Counted from the first letter of the stretch, positions 26,529 to 35,617 are shown. The stretch: DNA of 64,000 bases from a bacterium (GCA_030647555.1 JAUSJG010000027.1:15532-79531); one strand, 5' to 3'. Notes: generated from the letters alone by a model not told the origin. Translations and numbers: made by a program.

Positions 26529-28541
26529 TTGCTTTATGATTCATCTATGGACAAAAGCAGTGCTAAAAAACGTATAATCAAACTTCGTGAGGAAATTGAG
26601 TATCATCGTCACCTTTATCATGTTTTAGATAAGCAGGAGATTTCGGATTCTGCGTTGGATTCGCTTAAGCACGAGCTTTACGGGCTAGAACAGCAGTTTC
26701 CTGACCTAATTACAAAAGACTCTCCAACACAGCGCGTGGGCGGGGAGCCGTTGAAAGAGTTTAAAGAAGTTCAGCATCAATCCCAAATGCTTTCTTTGGA
26801 GGATGTTTTTTTGGCGGAAGAATTGACCGACTGGGAAGAACGCAATCGTAAAATTTTTCCACAAGGTAAATACAATTATTATTGCGAATTGAAAATCGAC
26901 GGCTTGGCAATCGAATTACGATATCGTGACGGAGTATTGTTTGAAGCATCAACCAGAGGTGATGGAAAAACCGGTGAGAACGTTACGGAAAATATAAAGA
27001 CCATCGAAAGTATTCCTTTGAGAATTATTGGTAAGGCACCCAAAGAACTAACAGTGCGTGGCGAGGTGTATATGAATCAAGACCAGTTTGACGCGCTAAA
27101 CAAGGAACAGGAAAAACTTGGGAAACCGCTTTATGCTAATCCGCGTAACGTGGCGGCGGGCAGTATTCGTCAGTTGGATTCGAAAATTACCGCCAGCCGA
27201 AAATTGCATTGTGTGACATATGACATTGTTGATGATCAGTCGTTTGCAAAGCATCATGAAGAACATTTGGCATTGAAAAAATATGGTTTTCGGACAAGCG
27301 CGCAAACGGAAGAATGTGCTGATCTTGCGATCGTGGCCAAATATCACGCGAGGTGGCAACAAAAACGCGATTTATTACCGCACTGGATTGATGGGGTGGT
27401 GGTTTTCATTGATGACAATGAGACATTTCGTCGTCTGGGTGTGGCTGGAAAAACTCCACGCGGGGCAGTGGCATTTAAGTTCCCGGCCGAAGAAGCGACA
27501 ACGGTTGTGGAAGATATTCTCGTTCAGGTGGGTCGCACGGGTGCTCTTACTCCTGTTGCGGTTCTACGGCCTGTTTCTGTGGCAGGAACGACGGTCAGCA
27601 GGGCAACACTACATAACGAAGATGAAATTCATCGAAAAGATGTACGCGTGGGTGATACTGTTGTGATTCACAAAGCCGGCGATATTATTCCGGAAGTGGT
27701 ACGCGTTTTGCCAAAGTTGCGTCCGAACAAGACTAAGGAGTTTAGAATGCCCGTCAAGTGTCCAATTTGTGATGCTAGGGTGGAAAAAGAAAAGGATGGT
27801 GCGATTTCGCGTTGTACAAACAAACAGTGTTCCGCCCAGCAACTTGAGGGACTCATTCATTTTGTCTCGAGAACAGCAACAGACATGGAAGGTGTTGGTC
27901 CGAAATTGATTGAAAAATTGGTGGAGATTGGATTAGTGCGTGATTCTGCGGATTTGTACGGATTAAAAAAAACGGATGTGGTTAGTCTTGAACGTTTCGC
28001 GGAGAAATCAGCCGACAATGTGATTGAATCTATTCAGGGCCGGAAAAATCTTTCGCTGGGAAGATTCATTTATGCGCTTGGGATACAGCATGTAGGTAAT
28101 GTTACGGCCGTAGCATTGGCGGAGAAGTTTTCAACTCTGACAAATATTCAAAAAGCGTCCGAAGAAGAATTGTCTGCCGTGGATGGCGTGGGTGACGTGG
28201 TGGGAAAAAGTATTTATGAATTTTTTCAGTCGAAGCACGCCGGGGAATTATTGAAAAAATTTGAGAAAAATGGAGTGGTGGTAGAAAAAGCAGTGGTAAT
28301 AAAGAGAACAGGCATTTTTTCAGGAAAAACAGTTGTGGTAACAGGCAGTTTAGGTGATTTAACACGCGATGAAGTATGGGAAGAAATTCGCAAGCGTGGA
28401 GGAAAAATCACGGAAACAGTTTCTAAAAAAACCGGCTTATTGATAGTGGGGGAAGAACCGGGATCAAAGGTGGTAAAAGCGCAGAAGTTGGGAGTAGAGA
28501 TAATGGACGCGAAAGAATTTTTGAAAAAAATAAAAGAATGA
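26529..28541 (+). CDS. ligA: NAD+-dependent DNA ligase
   Basis: 670 aa. Adenylation motif ELKIDGLAIEL (KxDG). Zn-finger CPICDARVEKEKDGAISRCTNKQC. HhH and C-terminal BRCT. Confidence 0.95.
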   Translation: MLYDSSMDKSSAKKRIIKLREEIEYHRHLYHVLDKQEISDSALDSLKHELYGLEQQFPDLITKDSPTQRVGGEPLKEFKEVQHQSQMLSLEDVFLAEELTDWEERNRKIFPQGKYNYYCELKIDGLAIELRYRDGVLFEASTRGDGKTGENVTENIKTIESIPLRIIGKAPKELTVRGEVYMNQDQFDALNKEQEKLGKPLYANPRNVAAGSIRQLDSKITASRKLHCVTYDIVDDQSFAKHHEEHLALKKYGFRTSAQTEECADLAIVAKYHARWQQKRDLLPHWIDGVVVFIDDNETFRRLGVAGKTPRGAVAFKFPAEEATTVVEDILVQVGRTGALTPVAVLRPVSVAGTTVSRATLHNEDEIHRKDVRVGDTVVIHKAGDIIPEVVRVLPKLRPNKTKEFRMPVKCPICDARVEKEKDGAISRCTNKQCSAQQLEGLIHFVSRTATDMEGVGPKLIEKLVEIGLVRDSADLYGLKKTDVVSLERFAEKSADNVIESIQGRKNLSLGRFIYALGIQHVGNVTAVALAEKFSTLTNIQKASEEELSAVDGVGDVVGKSIYEFFQSKHAGELLKKFEKNGVVVEKAVVIKRTGIFSGKTVVVTGSLGDLTRDEVWEEIRKRGGKITETVSKKTGLLIVGEEPGSKVVKAQKLGVEIMDAKEFLKKIKE

Positions 28542-28547
28542 TTACCT

Positions 28548-28601
28548 GCACCACATTCCAAGTGGAGCAAGCTTGCTCCACTTGGAATGTGGTGCAGGCT
28601 T
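28548..28601. terminator. 54-bp perfect palindrome downstream of ligA (cctgcaccacattccaagtggagcaagc|gcttgctccacttggaatgtggtgcagg)
   Basis: Read directly. No T-run, so function as terminator is uncertain. Confidence 0.4.
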
Positions 28602-28640
28602 AAGGTTGCGCAGGATCCCAAAAATCGCTAGGGTATAGGA

Positions 28641-28931
28641 ATGGAAGAAGTGCAAAAAGAAACTATTGTTCCTCATTTGGCTGATTTGGCGCGTATTGAG
28701 CTCACGGCAGAAGAACAGGTTCGTTATGAACGAGATATTACCGAGATCATCGAATTTGTCGGCAAAATTGCCAATGTCAAAGTATCGTCGCAACCGTTAA
28801 CAACAACAATTTCTGGTGTCAGTCAGGTGATGCGGGCGGATCAGGTGGAGCAATCTGATTTAGCAGATAGTCTTTTGGCGCAAGCGCCGAAAACGCGTAA
28901 TCGGTTAGTTTTGGTTCCAAAAATTCTATAA
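28641..28931 (+). CDS. gatC: Glu-tRNA(Gln)/Asp-tRNA(Asn) amidotransferase subunit C
   Basis: 96 aa. LADLARIELTAEEQVRYERDITEIIEFV typical of GatC. Immediately upstream of gatA. Confidence 0.8.
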   Translation: MEEVQKETIVPHLADLARIELTAEEQVRYERDITEIIEFVGKIANVKVSSQPLTTTISGVSQVMRADQVEQSDLADSLLAQAPKTRNRLVLVPKIL

Positions 28932-28932
28932 T

Positions 28933-30354
28933 ATGCAATCGGAAATAAAAAACCTTGCGGAAAAATTGCAATCCGGTGAAACAACCGCCGTTCGATTATT
29001 GGATTCGGCTTACAAAATAATTGAAGAAAAAGAACCCAAAATCAATGCTTTTATCAGTCTTATGAAAGAACAGGCGCAAAGACAAGCGGAAGAGATTGAT
29101 GGGCGGCGAAAAGCCGGTGAAAAATTATCGGTATTGGCTGGAATTCCTTGCGCGATTAAAGACATGATTTGTATTGCCGAAACAAAAACTACTGCCGCTT
29201 CAAAGATGCTGGAAAATTTTGTGCCACCCTATGACGCGGAAGTAATTACGCGTTTGCGAAATAATGGCGCTGTTTTTGTTGGAAAAACCAATTTGGATGA
29301 ATTCGCGATGGGATCCTCCACTGAATTTTCGATTGTCGGACCGACGCATAATCCACTGGATAATCGTCTGGTGGCTGGTGGTAGTTCCGGTGGTAGCGCG
29401 GCGGCCGTTGCATCCGGAATGGTGCCATACGCGCTAGGAACAGATACCGGCGGGTCGATTCGCGAGCCGGCGAGTTTTTGCGGGATAGTGGGTTTTAAAC
29501 CGACGTATGGCAGAATTAGTCGCTCCGGTGTGATTGCTTACGCTTCTTCTTTTGATCAAGTTGGGCCTCTGGCACGGACGGTGGAAGATACAGCCTTGGT
29601 TTATGAAGCGATTGCGGGGCCAGATCCAAAAGATTCGACGACGCTTCCGGCGTCAGTGCCGTCGGTTTTGCCGACGATGCGTGATGGCGTAAAAGGTCTG
29701 CGTATTGGTGTGCCGAAAGAGTTTTTTAGCGAAGGTGTGGATAAAGAAGTAGCCACTACTGTAAAAAAGGCAATTGATGAACTGCAAGAAAAAGGTGCAA
29801 TTATTACCGAAGTTTCCTTGCCGTTAACCGATGTGGCGCTTGCCGTTTATCTTATTCTTACTCGCGCGGAGGCGTCGACAAATTTGGCACGATATGATGG
29901 AGTTCGTTTCGGATTGCGTTCCGACGGAAAAACAATGGAAGAAATTTACCGCAAAACACGGGGCGCGGGGTTTGGGGTGGAAGTGAAACAGCGTATTATG
30001 TTGGGTACGTTTGCGCTTTCTTCCGGTTATGCCGATAAGTATTACCGACAAGCGACGGCGGTGCGTAGAGAAATTGCGTTGGAATATGCCAGGATTTTTG
30101 AACAAGTTGATGTTTTGGTTGGTCCCGCGACGCCAGAGGTCGCGTTTCCAATCGGTTCGAAAACCAATGATCCATTGCGAATGTACGCGGCGGACGTTCT
30201 GACTGTTCCGGTAAACGTGGCCGGTGTGCCGGCGATTGTTGTTCCGTGTGGCAAAGCGCATGATCTGCCAGTTGGTCTGCAGATTATTGCCGCGCAAGGT
30301 AGGGAAGATTTATGTTTTCGTGTTGCCGCGTCAGCTGAAGCGTCCAATGGTTAA
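28933..30354 (+). CDS. gatA: Glu-tRNA(Gln) amidotransferase subunit A (amidase)
   Basis: 473 aa. Amidase signature GGSSGGSAAAVASG. Ser-cisSer-Lys triad context. Confidence 0.95.
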   Translation: MQSEIKNLAEKLQSGETTAVRLLDSAYKIIEEKEPKINAFISLMKEQAQRQAEEIDGRRKAGEKLSVLAGIPCAIKDMICIAETKTTAASKMLENFVPPYDAEVITRLRNNGAVFVGKTNLDEFAMGSSTEFSIVGPTHNPLDNRLVAGGSSGGSAAAVASGMVPYALGTDTGGSIREPASFCGIVGFKPTYGRISRSGVIAYASSFDQVGPLARTVEDTALVYEAIAGPDPKDSTTLPASVPSVLPTMRDGVKGLRIGVPKEFFSEGVDKEVATTVKKAIDELQEKGAIITEVSLPLTDVALAVYLILTRAEASTNLARYDGVRFGLRSDGKTMEEIYRKTRGAGFGVEVKQRIMLGTFALSSGYADKYYRQATAVRREIALEYARIFEQVDVLVGPATPEVAFPIGSKTNDPLRMYAADVLTVPVNVAGVPAIVVPCGKAHDLPVGLQIIAAQGREDLCFRVAASAEASNG

Positions 30355-32875
30355 GGCTAAGGAAATTGCAAAAAGAAAAGCGACAACGTTCGAATTTATT
30401 TCCGCAAAGTTTAACAAGGTCACAAGAGAGGCTCAATTTAACTATCGAGTTTGTTTTGAGAATTTAGAAGAACTAAATTTTGTTGAAACATTAATCTTTC
30501 CCCAGGAGCGAGATATTGTCATCGGGGATGATGATTTAATTCAGACAGCATTATCGGATTTACATCTAGTTTTGGGAGTCAGTTATTACAAACTTTATTG
30601 TCCGTCAGATGTTGTTTTGAAACGGAAACTCACGCTTGAGCAAGCTTCTTTTTGGACAAAACTATACACCGAAGGGATGGGGGAATTTTATTTTCGAAAT
30701 CAGTTAGATCCAAAAAAGTTTCAAGGTTTTAAGGGGGAGCCGGGATTGAAAGCAAAGAGTTGGTCTGTTAGTAGAAGTGCCAGGAGTTTGGTTGGTGTTG
30801 GTGGCGGTAAGGAGTCGGCTGTTGCCGTAGAGCTTATGAAAGAACACGCGCATGATGTGACCGCTTTTGTCCTGGAAGCCAGACCATCCACCATCGTGGA
30901 TGAATCGATTAGGGTGATGAGTGTTCCGTCATTGCGTGTTCAAAGGGTGTTAGATCCTAAATTGTTTGGGGGATTGAGCGATACATATAACGGTCATGTG
31001 CCCGTGTCGGCAATCATTGCGTTTGCCGGGTATTTTGCGGCGCTTCTGTATGGTTTTAGAGAAGTTGTTGTGGGCAATGAATTCAGTAGTAATTTTGGCA
31101 ATGTTGATTATAAAGGAATCGCGGTAAATCACCAATGGAGCAAATCGCAAGTTTTTGAGAGTGCGTTTCAAAAATATACGCGAGAAAATATCTCGCCGGA
31201 TGTAGAATATTTTTCTTTATTACGTCCGTTTTATGAAATCAGGATTGCGCAAATGTTTTCCAAATACAAACAATATTTTTCGGTATTTTCCAGTTGTAAT
31301 CGAAATTTCAAGATAAAAGAAACAACGGAAAAGAAGTGGTGTGGCGAGTGTGCAAAATGTGTGTTTGTTTTTACGTTGCTGTCCGCATTTCTCACAAAAA
31401 AAGAATTGGTTGGAATTTTTGGCGCGAATCTTTATGACAACAAAAAATTATTGCCGATCTTTCGCGATCTGTTAGGGATTGGAAGAATGAAGCCGTTTGA
31501 TTGCGTGGGAACATTTACAGAGACGCGAGTTGCTTTTGAAATGTCGGCAAAAAAATATGGTAAAACACCGGTGCAAAAAGCGTTGTTGGGAGAATTTAAG
31601 GTGACAGGTCAAGAGCGTAGTGAAGTAATGCAAATGCAAAAAACTGAACTACAACCGCCCTATTTGCTTTATGGTGTAAATAATATTCTTCTGGTTGGCT
31701 ATGCGCGTGAGGGTGTGGAGTCGGAAAAATTTCTCAAAAAACATTTTCCTAAAATAAAACTCGGTATTGCCGATAAAAAATTTGGCGATGATTATTTAGC
31801 TAAACAAAATGATTTTGATTTGGTAATTAAAACCGCAGGTATGCCGGGCCGTTTGATTAAAATTCCGTATACAACGGCTACAAATTTATTTTTTGCCAAC
31901 GTTGATCGCAGGAAAGTTATTGGTGTTACCGGCACAAAAGGAAAGAGTACAACAGCCACTTTAATTGCGTGGATTATTGAACAAAGTGGTCGACCGGTGC
32001 AGTTGCTGGGAAATATCGGCAAACCGATGTTGCATGCCCTCGACAAACCCTTGGTGGAAAATGAGCTGGTTGTTTTGGAATTATCCAGTTACCAACTGGA
32101 GGATCTGCAATTTTCACCGCACATTGCCGTCGTTACCAATCTTTTTCCGGAACATATGGATTATCACGGCGATGTTAAAAAATATTATCATGCTAAGAAA
32201 CAAATTATTACAACGCAAACAAGCGATGATTTGTTTGTTTACAATGCGGATGATGAGCGTTTGGTCGGGTGGGCGAAAAAGAGTAGGGCAAAAACGGAGA
32301 AGTTTGTCGTCAAACTACCACTAAAAGATAAGGAGATTCCGTTGCTTGGTGAGCATAATAAAAGAAATGTGCGAACGGCGGTAACCGTGGCTCGTCATCT
32401 TGGAATTAATGATGCTGTTATCGCACAAGCAATTAAAACATTTACTCCGCTTAAGCATCGCCTACAATTCGTGGGAGAATATCATGGTATTAAGTTTTAC
32501 GATGATGCTATTTCCACCACTCCGGAATCAACTATTCAGGCGTTGGAAACTTTAAAGAAAGTGGCAACAATCTTTTTGGGTGGCCAAGATCGCGGTTACG
32601 ATTTTTCAGAATTGCGAAAAAGCTTAAAAAAATATGGCGTAAAAAATGTTGTGTTGTTTCCTGACAGCGGGGAAAAAATTATCGATTCCGCGAAAGGTTT
32701 TGAAAACGTCCTGAAAACCTCAAGTATGAAAGAAGCGGTTAAATTCGCATATAAATTTACCAAGCCGGGTGAAATCTGTCTGTTGTCCTGTGCGTCACCC
32801 AGTTACAGTATCTGGAAAGACTTTGAAGAAAAGGGCGATTTGTTTCAGGAGGAAGTGAAAAAACAAGCGAAGTAG
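30347..32875 (+). CDS. murD: Fusion protein: N-terminal ~450-aa domain with PP-loop-like motif (VGGGKESAV) and CGECAKC cysteine cluster, fused to C-terminal MurD-like Mur ligase (UDP-MurNAc-L-Ala:D-Glu ligase family). Start set at the ATG overlapping the gatA stop (ATGGTTAA); longest ORF begins 30224.
   Basis: C-terminal half: GVTGTKGKSTTATLIAW (Mur ligase P-loop), MurD-like N-domain KTAGMP...IPYTTATNLFFANVD, C-terminal FLGGQDRGYDF. N-terminal half has no recognisable Mur motifs. Continuous reading frame, no stop. Confidence 0.6.
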   Translation: MVKAKEIAKRKATTFEFISAKFNKVTREAQFNYRVCFENLEELNFVETLIFPQERDIVIGDDDLIQTALSDLHLVLGVSYYKLYCPSDVVLKRKLTLEQASFWTKLYTEGMGEFYFRNQLDPKKFQGFKGEPGLKAKSWSVSRSARSLVGVGGGKESAVAVELMKEHAHDVTAFVLEARPSTIVDESIRVMSVPSLRVQRVLDPKLFGGLSDTYNGHVPVSAIIAFAGYFAALLYGFREVVVGNEFSSNFGNVDYKGIAVNHQWSKSQVFESAFQKYTRENISPDVEYFSLLRPFYEIRIAQMFSKYKQYFSVFSSCNRNFKIKETTEKKWCGECAKCVFVFTLLSAFLTKKELVGIFGANLYDNKKLLPIFRDLLGIGRMKPFDCVGTFTETRVAFEMSAKKYGKTPVQKALLGEFKVTGQERSEVMQMQKTELQPPYLLYGVNNILLVGYAREGVESEKFLKKHFPKIKLGIADKKFGDDYLAKQNDFDLVIKTAGMPGRLIKIPYTTATNLFFANVDRRKVIGVTGTKGKSTTATLIAWIIEQSGRPVQLLGNIGKPMLHALDKPLVENELVVLELSSYQLEDLQFSPHIAVVTNLFPEHMDYHGDVKKYYHAKKQIITTQTSDDLFVYNADDERLVGWAKKSRAKTEKFVVKLPLKDKEIPLLGEHNKRNVRTAVTVARHLGINDAVIAQAIKTFTPLKHRLQFVGEYHGIKFYDDAISTTPESTIQALETLKKVATIFLGGQDRGYDFSELRKSLKKYGVKNVVLFPDSGEKIIDSAKGFENVLKTSSMKEAVKFAYKFTKPGEICLLSCASPSYSIWKDFEEKGDLFQEEVKKQAK

Positions 32876-32879
32876 CGAT

Positions 32880-32915
32880 ACCCTCCCTTATTCAAGGGAG
32901 GGCGAGGGTGGGTTT
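32880..32915. repeat. Hairpin-family repeat ccctcccttattcaagggagggcgagggtggg (partial copy of the CCTCCCTTT..AAAGGGAGG family)
   Basis: Read directly. Related copies at 44255, 48726, 53100 and 61237. Confidence 0.5.
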
Positions 32916-33111
32916 TGTGTGTGTATATTTTATTTTTGGTAAACGGTATAGGTATTTAGGCTTGTTCATCATAGCTTCGTCTTCGTTTGTATCGATATAT
33001 CGATACAAGGTTTTGGAAATTTTGAATTTCATTAGAAATTAGATATTAGTAATTAGTCATTTTGGGCGTCGATAAAACAGTATTAGCAGAGTTAAACAAG
33101 ATGTTTATATT

Positions 33112-34707
33112 TTAGACCAAACTGCGCAATATACTCATCGCTGTCATTTGCGGGGGTTGTGGAATTTGCATTATTTCCAAGACTGTTGGCCCGATGTCGG
33201 CCAGGCAACCAATTGGGGTGGAGAGCACTTGCATTACCATTTCTTCTTCCTTTGGGGGGTCTTGTTTGTTGTTGGCGGTTATATAAATAACAGGCACAGG
33301 GTTGGCGGTGTGGTCTTTCGAGATTTGGTGTGTGGTTGGATTCAACATCTCCTCGGCATTTCCATGATCGGCGGTGATAAGTACCGCGCCGTCTTTGGCT
33401 ATTGTGACATCAATTATTTTTTTCATTTCCTTATCCAGAAACTGCAATGATTCAACCGTGGCATCGTATTCTCCCGTATGACCAATCATGTCGGGGTTGG
33501 CAAAGTTCATTATGATGAGGTCGTATTTGTCTTTATTGATTTCTTTTACAACATGGTCGGCGATCACCTTCGCGCTCATTTCGGGAGTATCGGAATAATT
33601 TTTAACATTCGGTGAGGGGACCATGACGCGGTCTTCGCCTGGAAAAGATATTTCACGTCCACTGTTAAAATAATATGTGACGTGCGCGTATTTTTCTGTT
33701 TCGGCAATACGGAGCTGTGTTTTTCCGGCATCGGAAACAACACGGCCGGTGGGAAATTCTGCTTGTTCTTCGGGGAAGGCGACTGTAACCGGTAAATCCT
33801 TTTGGTATTCGGACATGGTGACAAATTCCAGGTCCGTCCAGTTTTGCACGGGGAAATCGTTAAAGCCTTTTGTTGTAAAAGCATAAGTCAGTTGGCGAGC
33901 GCGGTCCGGGCGAAAGTTAAAGAAGATAACAGTATCGCCATCTTGGATTTTACGTAACGGTTCGCCGTGTTTGGTAATTACGTAGGCCGTGACAGTTTCG
34001 TCGGTTTCTTTTTTCTCATAAGCGCTTTCGAGCGCATCTTTCCAACTGTCGGTATGTTCGCCAATTCCGTCGGTCAGTAAATCGTATGCGACCTTCGTGC
34101 GGTCCCAATTATTGTTACGGTCCATTGCAAAGTAGCGACCAACGAGAGAAGCGATTCCACCACTTTTTGTGTGATCGATGGCTTCTTGTACTTTTTTCAG
34201 ATACGATCCGGCGCTTATAGCGGGAGTATCACGGCCGTCCAAAAACGCGTGGACAAATGTTCTATTGCTCACTCCTTCTTTTTTTGCGAGTTGTAATATG
34301 GCAAGAAGGTGGTCGACGTGACTGTGTACTCCGCCGTCGCTAACACAACCAATCAGGTGTAACGCGGAATTGGGACGTTCTTTGACGTGATTCGTGGCTG
34401 CTACAAATGCGGGGTTTTTGAAAAAGGATTTATTTTCGATGGACATCGTAATCTGAGGGAGAGGTTGGTAAATGATGCGTCCCGAACCCATGTTTTTGTG
34501 ACCAACCTCGGAATTTCCCGATTCGCCCCACGGTAAACCAACTTCAATCCCTGAAGCTTTTATTACAGCGGATGGATACTCACGTACCCAACGTTCAAAA
34601 TTTTCCATTTTAGCGGCATAAATCGCGTTGCCTTCCTGCAGGAAGGAGATACCAAACCCATCGAGAATCATTAAAACTAACGGTCGAGGAATTTTTATAT
34701 CGGACAT
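33112..34707 (-). CDS. gpmI: 2,3-bisphosphoglycerate-independent phosphoglycerate mutase
   Basis: 531 aa. LVLMILDGFGI N-terminus, metal-binding Asp/His/Ser context, alkaline-phosphatase-like core. Confidence 0.95.
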   Translation of the reverse strand: MSDIKIPRPLVLMILDGFGISFLQEGNAIYAAKMENFERWVREYPSAVIKASGIEVGLPWGESGNSEVGHKNMGSGRIIYQPLPQITMSIENKSFFKNPAFVAATNHVKERPNSALHLIGCVSDGGVHSHVDHLLAILQLAKKEGVSNRTFVHAFLDGRDTPAISAGSYLKKVQEAIDHTKSGGIASLVGRYFAMDRNNNWDRTKVAYDLLTDGIGEHTDSWKDALESAYEKKETDETVTAYVITKHGEPLRKIQDGDTVIFFNFRPDRARQLTYAFTTKGFNDFPVQNWTDLEFVTMSEYQKDLPVTVAFPEEQAEFPTGRVVSDAGKTQLRIAETEKYAHVTYYFNSGREISFPGEDRVMVPSPNVKNYSDTPEMSAKVIADHVVKEINKDKYDLIIMNFANPDMIGHTGEYDATVESLQFLDKEMKKIIDVTIAKDGAVLITADHGNAEEMLNPTTHQISKDHTANPVPVIYITANNKQDPPKEEEMVMQVLSTPIGCLADIGPTVLEIMQIPQPPQMTAMSILRSLV

Positions 34708-34819
34708 GAGTAATAGTATACACTGGGATGGGGGAAGCAGGAATGAAGAGTTTTTACGTTTGACTAACAGTGTCGTTGAGAGTAATCTATTTTCAGCTGA
34801 ATAAGTTCAGCTTTAATGA

Positions 34820-34893
34820 CGCGGGGAAGAGCAGCCCGGTCGCTCGCATGGCTCATAACCATGAGGTCGCAGGTTCGAATCCTGCCCCCGCTA
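34820..34893 (+). tRNA. tRNA(CAU), initiator-like (C1/U72 mismatch, A11:U24)
   Basis: Cloverleaf folded by hand: acceptor cgcgggg/ccccgct, D-stem gagc/gctc, anticodon stem catgg/ccatg with loop ctCATaa, T-arm gcagg-ttcgaat-cctgc, discriminator A. No encoded CCA. Confidence 0.7.
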
Positions 34894-34935
34894 CTATTAC
34901 TAAAAAGACCCCTGTGGGGTCTTTTTAGTAATAGA
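34894..34935. terminator. Perfect hairpin after the tRNA (ctattactaaaaagacccc-tgt-ggggtctttttagtaatag)
   Basis: 19-bp stem read directly. Similar aaaatacccctgtggggtatttt hairpin at 35044-35066. Confidence 0.45.
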
Positions 34936-34940
34936 ATGTG

Positions 34941-35375
34941 TGCAGGATTCGAACGGTTCATATTTTCGTCGCACGAAAACATGAACCGGTGGCCAGAATT
35001 ATGCAATATCAATTGCATAATTCGAGGCCAAATCCTGCCCACAAAATACCCCTGTGGGGTATTTTTATTGTTATGATCGAGTGCAGGATTTGAACGGTAT
35101 CGTTGTTTCGTAAAACAACGATACCGGTGGCCAGAATTATGCAATATCAATTGCATAATTCGAGGCCAAATCCTGCCCCCTGCGTGGCTCGTGTTTTATT
35201 TATAAAATTTCGCAAAGCGAAATGACAATAATGACGAGCGATATCTTCGAACCAATACTATTGGTTCGAAGATATCGCTCGGATTTGAACGCCGGAGCAT
35301 ATTTTGCGAAGCAAAATGCGAGGCGGTGGCCAGAAACTTTCGTGTCAACGAAAGTTTCGAGGCCAAATCCTGCCC
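34941..35375. repeat. Three tandem ~95-100-nt structured elements (34941-35040, 35083-35178, 35281-35375). Conserved scaffold: gcaggatTYgaac-[hairpin1]-ggtggccaga-[hairpin2]-tcgaggccaaatcctgccc. Candidate structured ncRNAs or tRNA-end-derived miniature elements.
   Basis: Scaffold termini pair (gcaggatt/aatcctgc). tggcc/ggcca encloses hairpin 2. Hairpin 1 differs completely in sequence among the three units yet keeps a 13-14-bp stem. Hairpin 2 is aattatgcaat-atca-attgcataatt in units 1-2 but aaactttcg-tgtcaa-cgaaagttt in unit 3 (compensatory changes). The 3' end aatcctgccc equals the 3' T-arm/acceptor of the adjacent tRNA. Confidence 0.6.
35262..35306. repeat. Perfect inverted repeat gagcgatatcttcgaacc-aatactatt-ggttcgaagatatcgctc between structured units 2 and 3
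   Basis: 18-bp stem read directly. Confidence 0.45.
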
Positions 35376-35518
35376 AGCGCGTAAATCAGAAATCGGGAGT
35401 GGAAATCGGAGATGACGTCTTGTCCATTTACAAATGCAAAAAATTTAGTAGTATTACTCTAGTTTGGGAAGTCGGATGGATCCGACCACCGACTATCTGA
35501 TTTCCGATTTCCGCGTTT

Positions 35519-35591
35519 GGCTGGATAGCTCAGCGGTTAGAGCAATGGCATCATAAGCCATGGGTCGCAGGTTCGAATCCTGCTCCAGCTA
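35519..35591 (+). tRNA. tRNA(CAU), elongator-type (Met or Ile2/lysidine)
   Basis: Acceptor ggctgga/tccagct (G1-U72). D-stem gctc/gagc. Anticodon stem atggc/gccat with loop atCATaa. T-arm gcagg-ttcgaat-cctgc identical to the first tRNA. Discriminator A. Confidence 0.75.
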
Positions 35592-35617
35592 CAAATTATT
35601 CGTAGGGTATTTGTACA

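Noticed and set aside
28102-28621. Minus-strand ORFs (87 and 131 aa) at the ligA 3' end
   Set aside because: Antisense to the ligA BRCT region and the 54-bp palindrome. Likely spurious.
34764-35156. 130-aa minus-strand ORF and 35222-35500 plus-strand 92-aa ORF
   Set aside because: Both run across the tRNA(CAU) gene, its terminator hairpins and the tandem structured repeats. Their translations are low-complexity and repeat-driven. Treated as spurious.
34941-35375. Possible CRISPR array or additional tRNA genes
   Set aside because: Units are ~100 nt with conserved ends and variable structured middles, not short identical direct repeats with unique spacers. Attempts to fold each unit on either strand into a canonical or long-variable-arm tRNA failed (no D-arm, T-arm stems do not pair).
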